NCBI GenBank assembly: GCA_039621445.1
Contig: CP154954.1
Span: 20,198,642-20,262,641, forward strand
Reading direction: 5' to 3'
Length of the DNA: 64,000 bases
Source of the DNA: Euglena gracilis
Taxonomy: Eukaryota
Made by a program: the position numbers and the translations under genes. Below are positions 24,101 through 35,732 of the stretch, in pieces. The notes under the pieces are model-generated. The model made no database searches, was not told the DNA's origin, and worked only from the letters and a program-made list of their open reading frames with translations. Numbering within the stretch: the stretch's first letter is position 1; each line of letters starts with the position of its first letter.

Positions 24101-24614
24101 GGTGGCCGCGGCGCATAGAAACATTTTTCCCAGTCGCACTAACTACAAGTCTGGTTTGAAGGTGCGGCAACAAAAATTGGGCTGTATTTTTTGTTATAAA
24201 GATTGGATTTGTTTATTCTGGGAACGTCTGCTTTTTTCATATCTTCACAGTGTTGCAAAGTGCAGAATACAACGCATTTTGGCATTTGCCTCCAAAGAAA
24301 ATTCAGGGTTTCACCAAATTTTCACACAAAACGCCAAAAAAGGCGTGGGCTGGACCTGTCCAGGGGGTGGTTTGTCCAGCTGGCGTTTGGACACAGCTGG
24401 TACCCCCCAAAAATAGGAAAAAAGCTTGAATTCCAAAATACCCTCAAAAATGCAATTTGTACCCCTTTTTACATACAGTCCAGCTCGGCTGGGCCGGGCA
24501 GACCCATTTTATTATTTTTTTTATTTTTGAGTACCCTCGGGGGGGGGGGCAGGGATACGCAGGAAGCCCTGGGGGGGTTGAACCCCCTCCTCCAACATCA
24601 AAACCAACATTGAC

Positions 24615-25408
24615 CAGGGGCAGGGAGATATTCCGGTCGGAATAAACCGGAATAAACCGGAATCGCGAAAGCCAGGATAAACCGGAATAAACCGGAATAA
24701 CCGGAATAAAAGTGCCAGCCAATGACATGAAAATTCTGCAAGACACAAAGGCAATAAAGGTGACGTTTGACGTATTTCCATGTTTTCCTCAATCAATCTC
24801 ATGTCAGATGGATCATATTAAGAGGACGGGCCACCAATGAAGAAGGCAAGATCTTCCAAAGGAGTGGTGAATAAGGCAAACTGTGCAATGAAATGACAGT
24901 TTGCAGGCGCATTCAGGATTTTCCCAAGGGAGTGGTTTGTGTTTGTGAAGCAATATCGGCAATCCTCACCAAATCATTCAGTCAATGTCCTAAGTTAATG
25001 AGACAGCCATTGAAGGTTCAAAACACACCTGCTGGGTGTTGTGTGCATTATATGCTGCGGTGATACCTGCTCTTAGGCACCTTATTTGTTAAAGTGCCTG
25101 CTTTCATCTCCGCGTCCTGGGGAACCCCACCACATCCTGCTTACATTTTTGGGTTTTTGGGGTATCTTGTCATTTTCATGATAAAATGTCAATGTGCATT
25201 TGCACACATCGACAAAGAAAAAAAGCTTAAGTGCGAGATGCATCGCCTAAGATTGGCACTCGGCAGGACAATTTTTGAGAAGAAAAAAGAAAGCGGTGCC
25301 AGGAACCAACCGGAATAAATTCCGGAATAAACCGGAATAACCCGGAATAAACCGGAATAAAACCCCGGAATAAAATTTTTGGCCGACCGGAGTATCTCCC
25401 CGCCCCTG
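24615..25408. mobile_element. TIR element with 7-bp TSD and CCGGAATAAA subterminal arrays
   Basis: TIR CAGGGGCAGGGAGATATTCCGGTCGG / CCGACCGGAGTATCTCCCCGCCCCTG; TSD CATTGAC. A second copy lies at 49864-51419. Confidence 0.9.
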
Positions 25409-26648
25409 CATTGACTTAGAAATATTCAGTTCGGGAGCCGACTGTGGGTGAAGATACTTGCAAAAAATTGGTGTGGATGAAGATACAGGGAGAGATGTGC
25501 AATGGCATGGGTGGACCATCTGGCTCCCAAGCTGGACGTAGTTGGAAACAAAATCCAAAAGTAGCCCAGATGTTGAGGGAATATATTTTCTTTGCAGTTG
25601 TCTCAAATGATACACTAAAAAAGGCCATTTCCCATATTCCCCATTATTTTTCACCCAATTCTGCTGGACAATACCAGATTTAATTTTTCAGGTGAAATAT
25701 GTCGGTTGTTTTCTATTGAAGGAATGACACCCCAAATTGGTAGGAGATTCAAAAATCTAAAAAAAATTTTCAGGAGGGGTCAGTAATTTGAGACGACGAC
25801 GTCCATGGCAAAGTTTTGGTCGAAATGGAGGCCCTGATTTTTACCAACCTACCCCCCCCCCCTGGCTCATTGACCTGTGGAACGTTGGTCTCAATAGGCG
25901 GGAGGACCAACTTGGGGGGGGGGGCATGTTGACTCCAACAGCCAAGGGGGGCCAAGGAGCCGCCAAGCCAAAATGCCTCAAAAGGGGGGGTCCGTATCGA
26001 CCCCAACAGGCCTGGGGACCAACTTTTGAAGGGGGCACGTTGGCCCCAAAAGCCGGGGGTGGAAAAGAGCTTGGGGGGGGGCAATGCGCCCACAAAGTAA
26101 TTCAAAGTCTTCTTAGTTCTTAGTTGGGGACGATGCTGCTGAAATTTTTTTCTTTATCTTTTCCCACCTCCTGCAGGATCATTATTCTCCAATTGGACTC
26201 AAAATGTAAATGCAAATGATGTGTATTGCCTCGTCCATGCCTCAGCAAAGCCAGGAAGCATTGCGTATTAGCCAACGTCGCATTTTTCGATTGTTTTCAA
26301 TTTCATGGTAACCCCCCGCCAAATGCTTTTAGGTCTGTTACTGGAACACACCATCTGGTCTTTAGGAGCTCTTATTATTTCGATTTTCTCTTTACCTACC
26401 CTGGCATTTTTTTTGGCTTTCCAAATGAGTTCGTTGCGGTGTGCTATACAAAAATTGGTGTTATTTGAGGCTTGACGTGGCTTTGGGGGCCTCAAAAATT
26501 ACACGCTATCAGAATTTTTTTTTGTTTTGTGGATTCTTTTGGTGCTTGGCGCCGTAAGCTCCTTGAACCTTGTCTCCTCATTGAACGTTTTTTATTTCCT
26601 GATTTTTCCTTGGCAAGTAAATGAATTATTTCTGAGGTGTGTTGCCAC

Positions 26649-26780
26649 ATGGGCATTTGCAATTGCAAGGAACCCAAAGATGAGCTTGTGTTCGACCCTG
26701 CTCTGGTTACCACTGATGACCAGCGGCAAAAGCTCTGTAAAAAGGTGGCCCAAGTTGTGACCGGAAAAGATCAGCAAACG
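26649..26780 (+). CDS. First coding exon of the kinase-REC gene (MGICNCK..., putative myristoylation/palmitoylation)
   Basis: ATG GGC ATT TGC AAT TGC opens MGICNCKEPKDELVFDPALVTTDDQRQKLCKKVAQVVTGKDQQ. It can join the kinase exon in frame through a CAAACG repeat, but the junction is uncertain. Confidence 0.6.
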
Positions 26781-27365
26781 TTCTATTTTCCCTGATGAGT
26801 TTTGTGTTGTTTTATTCCAGCTTGGGTGACACTGACACAAATATACACAAACACACACGGAGAAAGCACACTAATATATCATCCATCCATCCCTTAATCC
26901 ATCCACTAATATATCATCCATCCCTTCCCCCCGTAACGCTATTTTGGCAATTCCCCAGGGTATTTTTTGGACCATTTGTTTCTTTCCCCAGAAGCATACC
27001 TTTTCCATTGTGGTGCGATTTGACAACTTCTTATTATTGTATGGCGTGCATATTTTACGTTCGCCGGAGAGGTCTCATTACTTTTGAACCTTCGTTTCTT
27101 CTCCCCTTGGTATTTCCTGAATTACATGAAGTGAAAAGCTACAAAGTTTACATGGGTAAACAAAAAATGTTTTGGGGGAATATTACTTTTCTTTTTGGAT
27201 TAAATCTTTTCAGACCACACTGCAACCAAAAAACCTCCATCCATGTGGTTAGGATGAGCAAACTTCTCAAAATGTGTAATGTGCACATATGATGTGTGGT
27301 GATTGGTTTTCTCACCACTTATTGACAGCATCCCCTTTATGTTTGGTCCGACCCTGGGTCAGGCC

Positions 27366-28402
27366 CAGACTTTCAGTTAGTGCGCCACACAAAATTTTTT
27401 CTGTGCGCCGCAAGCGCCGCAGGAAAATTTGACCATGCGCCGCAAGCACCGCAGCAAAAAATACACCGTGCGCCGCATGCGCCGCAGCAAAAAATTTCTG
27501 TGCGCCGCAAGCGCCGCAGGATTATTTTCACCATGTGTTGTAAGCACCACATTTTTATTTCACCTTTCTTCCCCTGTCCGGCCTCTTTGACAACCGGTGC
27601 TGAGAAGGGCAAGGCGACAGGGAGTGAATTTTTGTGTGATCTCTTAGTTCGTCTTTGCAGGCTTTTTCACAAAATGTCTGACAATTTAAGTTCATCGAGC
27701 AGATCATCGAGTGTTGAAGACAGAAAGAAATTCAAATTTGTGCCCAACAGGGGTCAGAAAGAAAAGAAGATAAAACGGGTTTTTCAAAAGAACTGGAAGG
27801 AGGGTCGTGAATGGTTGAAGTGCGATGCAGAAAAGGTAGGTAGGTAGGTAGTTAGGTAGTATCACAGCCAGTTCAGCCAGCACGTCAGCACCGTTTCCAA
27901 GTGTCATAACAAGGGGTGTGTGCCTCTCTCCTGTTTGATGTACAACAGCACAAGTCTCACCCTCAGCCCTATTAACGTCACTTGGTAAGCAGCATTCACA
28001 CCAAACTTCTGGGAGTTAATCCCCTCCAATACAGGGGTGTAACGGTTCTTAAATCGTGTTCTGGGTGTCAGGGTACAGGGTCCCAGGGGTTATGTAAAAT
28101 TTGCGCATTTGCGCAAATGCGCAAATTTCAAAGGGAAAACTCTTAAGTGCGAATTCGGCCGCCTAAGCCGGTGCTACCATGGTGAAGCACAGCTTCGCTG
28201 AAAGCCGGGTGCGCCTTTGTGGTTCAAAGTGCACCACAAAAACTATTTCAGGAAAAAATTGTGTGCGCCGCCAGCGCCGCAGCAAAAAATTTTTTTGCGC
28301 CACAAGCACCGCAGCAAAATTTTGTCCATGCGCCGCATGCGCCGCAGATAAAAAAAATTTGCGCCGCACAGAACTTCCTGAGGCGCACTAACTGAAAGTC
28401 TG
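27366..28402. mobile_element. Internally deleted hAT element (intronic)
   Basis: 21-bp TIR CAGACTTTCAGTTAGTGCGCC, 8-bp TSD GTCAGGCC, GCGCCGCA subterminal repeats. An internal fragment KRVFQKNWKEGREWL resembles the start of a TTF-type zinc finger. Confidence 0.9.
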
Positions 28403-29245
28403 GTCAGGCCCAATTCCGAGGACCTCCATAGGAGAGGGGGGGGGTCAGCCTGCAGCCTTTTTCCAGCCAGCCCAAATTTTTCACCCTCTGAGCAGGACTC
28501 TCCCTGGGGGGTCAGTAAGGTGCCCCCTGATCCGTGTGTCGTACCCTGTCGTGTGTGTGTATGGACCGGGTTGTCGGGGGGGGGCGGCCTTCGGTATGAG
28601 AGGCCTGGGCAAACGTGCGTAACCTCCTCACCTTTTTTCGAAACCTTATCAATGAAAGTTGTTGACAGTGGTCGAACAAGCAAATCACAGCATGCAAATC
28701 TGACAATGCTTAACCTTTCCCACAGCCTCACGCCCAGTGGTTTATCACCCAGCCAGCAGCATCCGGCCGGGCTGTACGGAAGGTCTGGTGGGGTGGGGGT
28801 TTCGACCTCCCCACCCAGGAGGTGGGGGGGGGGGAGCGACCTCCCCCTGTTTCATGGACAAGCGATTCATCTGGAAGTCCTCCTAAAAAGTCCGCCAAGG
28901 GTCCAGCTTGCTGCCGGCGTCCCACCACCCCTCCCACATTTCCGAGGGTGGCGATTTTCAGGTCAAAATTTTTCCTTGGCAGTGCTCATTGTGTTGGGAT
29001 TTTATGAATCCCAACACAAACCCAATACATATCCCAACACATATCCCACCACAAATCCCAACATGCAATCCTAACACAAACGCCGAATTGTGGTAGGTGC
29101 AATATGTGCCATTTTCTTTTTTTTGTCTTTGGGAGGGGTTCGTTTTGTCTTTTGTTAGTATTTGTTTCCAAATTCCGCCTCGGCCTTTTCATCTGGTTCT
29201 TTTGCTGTCAGTTGAGTATTTCTTTTTTATTCCATTTTTATTTGA

Positions 29246-32200
29246 GAACAAACGGATGCTGAAATGGACGAGAAAGGAAGGGATTTTGTCAATGAATACA
29301 CCGTGATCAAGCACTTGGGATCTGGAACATATGGCACAGTAAATCTGTGTGAGCATTATCAAAACAGGCAATTTCTATCAAGCACTCATGGGACGGGAAA
29401 CAAATTGCTGTCTCCACCTTTGTAAGCCCTTGTTTTTCAAAGGCTGAACACCAGTATTTCACACGAGCATTTGCAATTTGAAATTTTGCTATTTTTTTGT
29501 CAACTGGAGTTTTCCCTAAGTTAGACCCAGGCTTATTAGTTACCTCCCAAAAAGTCTGTCAAGATTGCCTGCCTCTGACGCAGGAACAGTATGCGGTGAA
29601 GGTCATCCCTCGTGCAAAGGTGAAGAAAGCAAATGTGGCGGAAGCTGAGATTTTGAAGAAGCTGAACTGAGGCCTCATCCTGTGCCAACTCTCTGTAAGT
29701 TTGTGCGCGATGATCAGTGTTTTTGCCAGTTTCTTTCCAGTATGTTCCAGAAATCTATGAGGCAGTGGTCTCCATGCAACATCCGAACGTCATTCAGATG
29801 TATGAGTTGATGGATGACGCCGGGCAAGAGTTCATTTACCTTTTGCAGGCTTCTTCTCCACAGCGATATGTGGCATGAGAAAGGTTTTTTTTTAGGGTTG
29901 GTCTGCCAGGCTACCACAAACTCAGGCAAAAAAGGGGGGACAGAGGCGGAAAACAGCGCCAGACCAGAAGAGAACAAACAGCCGCAGTGCATGCATGGGC
30001 GGATTTGCACGTGTGCCAGAATGAAGCTAAAGCCTGATTTCGTGCTAGAGTTTGTGGCGGACGGTGCCATTATGTCCCTCGATGGAGATGGCCAAGCAAA
30101 GACACCCACCCTAGAAGAAGTCACTTGTGCAAAGTGCATGAAGCAGGTCACAGAAGGGCTTGCCTACCTGCACAGTATGAACATCATCCACCGCGATATT
30201 AAGCCAGACAACTTGCTCATAGACAGAAAGAAAGACGTTGTCAAGCTCTGTACTCAGGGTTCTTCCTGATTGTCAAAGGGTTTTCTGAGAAAAAATCATT
30301 TTGAAAGAGATGTGGAAAGCCTGAAGTGTGGAGCAATGGAGCAATTAACACAAAAAATGATTTTTTCGGCAGAGGTATTTTGTTCACAAGGCTTTTGTGG
30401 CAGGCTATATTTCATTTTCGCCTCCAGAACAGAAGAATGTTTTTTGATTTCGCCGTGCATTTATTTTGAGGCAGAGGGCTGATTGCTTCATTTTCATCAT
30501 AGGAAGCATTCCTTGCACCCCAACCATTATTCCCAAAAAGAACGGGAAGACGCTCTGTGCTTCGATTTCGGCGTCGGAATGCTGTTTGAGAACGAGAACG
30601 ACACAGTGCGCAAAACGGAGGGTACCCCGTTTTTCCTGGCTCCCAGCCAGGGCTGCACCGCAGACCCCCACAGGCGCTATGCGGGTCTCCTCCCTCCCCT
30701 GGCCCCCTCGCGCATCAGGCTCGCCCGTCCAGCCGTGGCTCCGAGGCCTGCCGGGGGCAGTACTACTCCGGGAAGTCCTCCGATATCTGGCAACTTGGTA
30801 TCACGCTGTTCGCGTTGATTTTTGGCCCTCCAGGGAGCTTAATTGTGGCTGGGGCTCGTGGTTTCGAAGTATCAGATATCAAAATGATGTTGATGGACCC
30901 CACCTGCCAGGGGGGGGGGGCGATAAAATCACCCACCTTCTTTTAATCATGGGTGGGTCAATTATGGGTCTGGCTGACCGTTTCCATGACAGATTTATCC
31001 TCTGGGGGAGGCTATGTGTGGGTTGCCGGGGAATTATGACAGCGTGCAGGGGAATGGTAGGGCTGGCAAATATGGTTAAATTCTCTGGTCCATTTCTGAG
31101 GATGACTGGAATAGGGCCTCGGGAGCAAGTTTCTTGAGGCTCCTGGGTTGTATTACTCAAGGTCTCTGCTTCTGTGTGCCATTCTTAGCTGCAAATCAGG
31201 TCGCCCTCTTCAACGACATCCAGCAAAAGCCTCTTTCTGGGCAAGGGGCAACTTATGCCACTCCAGAGATGCAGATCTTCTCCTCTTCCTCTTTTTTTCG
31301 GATCGGCGACACACAGACACCAACAGCAGCCAATTTCAATCAACAAACATTGCTTACGGCGTGGATGGGTGGATGGAGAGCGATGGGTTGCAGTGAAGCA
31401 ACCAGAAACCCCTCAGTTGACCCCTCCAATTGAACCTGGGAGCCACTACCCCCCCCCTTAATAAGTGCACGGGTGCGCGCATTTTAAGGACGTAGTTTCA
31501 GACCCCAAGGGGTGCGCATTCATTAGGGCACTGCGCACTTATTAGGACGAAGTTTCCCCCACACTTTTTCATTTTGTGATGTCAAGCAATGAATCAAGAG
31601 ATCATGTGTCAAATCTGTGCTTGGATGATAGAAATATTTCGTCTGAGAAGGGCAGTTCTGAGAAATGTGTGTTCTTTTCCGACCTGAGATGTGACAGTGA
31701 TTTCTACTTCGGGGGGATGCGCACTTTTTAGGGAGGTAATTTCGGACCCTTGGGGGTGCGCACTTATTAGGGCACTGCGCACTTATTAGGGCACTGCGCA
31801 CTTATTAGGGGCGGGTTTACAATCAAGCAAGAGGGGTCCAAATGAAAGCTGGAGGCAGCAGAAACCGGCAGTGCAATGTCAAATAGTGCCATGCTTTTGC
31901 CCCGCAGGTAGCAGTCCGCCACCTGCGCTTTGATGGAGAGCTTAGGAAGCTGCATTTTCATTTTTTCCGCTTTGTTTGGCAATTTGCCCATACCACACCA
32001 GACCACACTACACCATACCTTACCTGACCTTATCTTTCCTTACCTTACCTGACCTGATTTTACTACAACATACCATACCATACCATACTGTACGTACCGT
32101 ACCATACCATACCATACCATACCATACCATACCATACCTTACCTTACCGTATCGTACCGTACCGTACCATACCATACCATACCATACCATACCATACCAT

Positions 32201-34680
32201 ACCATACCATACCATACCATACCATACCATACCATACCATACCGTACCGTACCGTATCGTACCGTACCGTACCATACCATACCATACCATACCATACCAT
32301 ACCATACCATACCATACCATACCATACCATACCATACCATACCATACCATACCATACCATATCATACCATACTGTACCGTACCGTACCATACCATACCGT
32401 ACCGTACCGTACCGTACCGTACCGTACCGTACCATACCATACCATACCATACCATACCATACCATACCATACCATACCATACCATACCATACCATACCAT
32501 ACCATACCATACCATACCATACCATACCATACCATATCGTACCATACCATTCCATACCACACCACACCACACCACACCACACCACACCACACCATACCAT
32601 ACCATACCATACCATACCATACCATACCATACCATACCATACCATACCATACCATACCATACCATACCATACCATACCATACCATACCATACCATACCAT
32701 ACCATACCGTACCGTACCGTACCGTATCGTATCGTACCATACCATACCGTACCGTACCGTACCATACCATACCATACCATACCATACCATACCATACCAT
32801 ACCATACCATACCATACCATACCATACCATACCATACCATACCATACCATACCATACCATACCATACCATACCATACCATACCATACCATACCATACCAT
32901 ACCATACCATACCTACCATACCATACCATACCGTACCGTACCATACCATACCATACCATACCATACCATACCATACCATACCATACCATACCATACCATA
33001 CCATACCATACCATACCATACCGTACCGTATCGTATCGTATCGTACCATACCATACCATACCATACCTTACCATACCATACCATACCATACCATACCATA
33101 CCATACCATATCGTACCATACCATACCATACCATACCATACCATATCGTACCACACCACACCACACCATACCATACCATACCATATCACACTTTATGGCA
33201 GAGAACTTCATCCGCCTCCCGGAGCCAACGCTGCCCAGTGACAGCATCCCAAAGGGGGCCAGTGCCAACTTGAGCCACCTGCTGCAGCGCATGCTGGAGA
33301 AGGACGCCCTCATCCGCATCTCCCTCAATGAGATCAAGGACCGCCCGGGCCCCTTCCAGCATGGCTCATGGGCGAGGTGAGGACGCACTCTTATTTTGTC
33401 AACCCCGTGTGACTTTTGTCCGTCTGACCTATCTGACGTTCCAATTGTTGACCTCTTCCGTCCTGGCAGAGTACCCCCGAGGTCCAGCCAAGAGCCCGTT
33501 TCTTTCCAACCCCCTCCCTTCGATGAGCTCTGACTTCCTATTCAGCGCTTCAATTGTTACAGGGGTTAGGACTGAGGTTTCTGAATTTCTGGTCACAGGC
33601 CACACTGGCCCTCAGTCTCTAAAGCGCCACCATGAAGGAAAGAGACAGTTTTGGTACCTTTTTTTATACCCACCGCAAGATGAAACCAAGTTCTTTTGTT
33701 TCCCCTGTGCTTCACCCCCTGATAAGTGACCCGAAAACCCTGGTCTTGCCCCCCCCCCTGCATGGCAACTGCAACCGCTTTCAGTGAATTTCAACTGTAA
33801 CAAGGTTCAGTGAACTTCGAAAAGATGGCATTGCATTATTTGCCCAAACCCCCAAGCCAGTTTATTTGTTAGCTCCACGAGATCGGCCGCCCAAGTCAAA
33901 AATGTATGGCCCAACCCAGGGCATTCTTCAAGGGACGGGGCAAATATTTTGTTTTAAAATTTAAAGGTCCGCCCTTGGGCTAAATGCTGTCCACCTGCCG
34001 GTCTGGGGATTGAACTGGGTTGAAAACTAAAAAAAAAATAACAGAAAGCTTTAAAACACCTTTTCTGATATATTCAGTGGATGGACGATGGACCAAGGAT
34101 GCTAGAAATCAATTTTCCCCCAATGCCGACCTGTTTTCGCCGAAAAATGTCAATTTTTTCACCACTTTTTTTGCAAGGATTTTTTGTTGTTGAATGTGTC
34201 CGGATAGCAGAAAACAAGCACCTTAAACTTGAAGGTAGCCCTGGCCAAGCCCCAAAATTTTTGTTTCAAAAACGAGCTTTTGTTAATTGTGGCCAAACTC
34301 AAATTTCCCCAGTCTGGTCGAACCCAGGTCGGGTTCCAGCCAGTGCACTATGTCTCATGGGGGAGGGGAGGACGGTCAGCAGGCCAGCCACTGAGCCATC
34401 CCAACCAGCCCAAATTTTCTGACCTCAAGGCCACTGGGGGGGGGGGACTCTGGTGCATATTCGACAGGGGCAAGTGAGAGTCATTTTCTCAAAAAAAGAT
34501 CATGTGATACTGAACCGGAATTTTTTTTGCTCCGGAGATTGAAGGCGACCGCTCACACCCCTGGGTCACGGGGGAGAACAGCCCCGTGCCGAACTCCATG
34601 CGCCTGGTGGCCGCCGCCTCCGCGGAGAGTCTGACGTACTCTGAGCCGCCCGTCGCCGGCTTCTTCTTGCGCCTCGTCCC
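29246..34680 (+). CDS. CaMKK-like Ser/Thr protein kinase domain (multi-exon)
   Basis: Spliced translation: VNEYTVIKHLGSGTYGTV..YAVKVI..HPNVIQMYELMDD..IYLVLEFV..HRDIKPDNLL..KLCDFG..RKTEGTPFFLAPE..YSGKSSDIWQLGITLFALIFGRVPF..MLEKD..RISLNEIK.HPWVT. Introns at 29362-29576, ~29660-29773, 29843-30041, 30252-30563, 30645-30742, 30828-31173, ~31234-33209 and ~33340-34554. Confidence 0.92.
32050..33185. repeat. (TACCA/TACCG)n pentanucleotide microsatellite inside a kinase intron
   Basis: About 1.1 kb of ACCAT units with ACCGT, ATCGT and ACCAC variants. Confidence 0.97.
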
Positions 34681-35732
34681 TGTAGCGCATAGGGATGGCA
34701 TCAAGCCAGGAACAGGATGAAATGAAGATTTCTGAGGCGCATCCTCCTTGGAAATGGGCAGCGTAGGAGCAAAGGGTGAGGAGATTGTTTTATTTGGCAA
34801 TGCTGATCCATTTTACACCAACTCCTGATGGCTGATGGGGCAAAGAAATCAATGCAAATACACACCCTCCCCCCAAGTGATACACCACCAGTTTATAATC
34901 TGGTCAGCCAATATAAGGCAAGGGGGGTGTTTTGGGGGGTTTTTCAAAATCAAAAATTGATTCCTCCTGACCCCCTTTTTTGCATTTACGGCTTTTTGCC
35001 CATTTGATGATTTTTTTTTTGAAGAAAATTTTCTGACCCTTTCGAATTTTTGCAATTTTTTGGGGGTCTTTTCTCCCTTTTCTTTCACTGCAGTGCTGAG
35101 GGAGGGGTGTTATCATTTGGTGAGCCGAAGTCTGTCCGTGTCGGCCAACCGTCCGTGTAAAGTGTCCCTGTCACCAAAGTGTCCCTGTGAAATGTCCCTG
35201 TGAGGAAAGTGTCCGTGTAAAGTGTCCACATAACCAAACTGCAGCCATGATGCTTCTTTTTGTTTGCTCAAAACAGTCCCCAGCCAAGACGTTTGGCCAA
35301 ACGGACCTTACTCAGCTTCCCTCGTTTTTGCGTTCCATTGTTCCTCGCCATTGTTCCTCGGCACCAAAATCATTTTTTTTCTGTGAGGATCCCAGTGCAA
35401 CTGAGCGGCAGAGAAGGAGCCACGCCTCAGGCCCACGCGGTCCCCCACAGAAGTCGTCAGCTATCGGAGCCAAGCCGCTGCGCTGTCCTCGGGAATTCCC
35501 TCGGAGAAGCCCGTTTTGTTCAATGCGTGCATGCTTCCGCCTGCCACCTGTCCACACGTCACGCCTCCAGCGCGGCTGGCAGTTCCTGAGGTTTGGGCCC
35601 TTCCCCCCCCCCATTTCTGACCACCATCAGGTTGCTCACGGGCTTGTGCCAGAGCCGAGGCTGGCGACCCATCCCTGTTGCTGTTCAGGCGCCAGCCCAT
35701 CCAGTGCACACCCGTGCCAGAGGCTTGCCAGC

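Noticed and set aside
26628-26642. TTTCTGAG(G)TGT resembling the euglenid spliced leader upstream of the ATG
   Set aside because: The match is too short and lacks the U-rich SL 3' part; it is more likely an AG acceptor context or chance.
29365-29584. Apparent GC-AG intron in the kinase
   Set aside because: It gives a frameshift, whereas the paired-end nonconventional junction 29362-29576 restores the frame.
31976-33241. Long ORFs (HTIPY / MVWYG repeats)
   Set aside because: These are translations of a pentanucleotide microsatellite inside a kinase intron.
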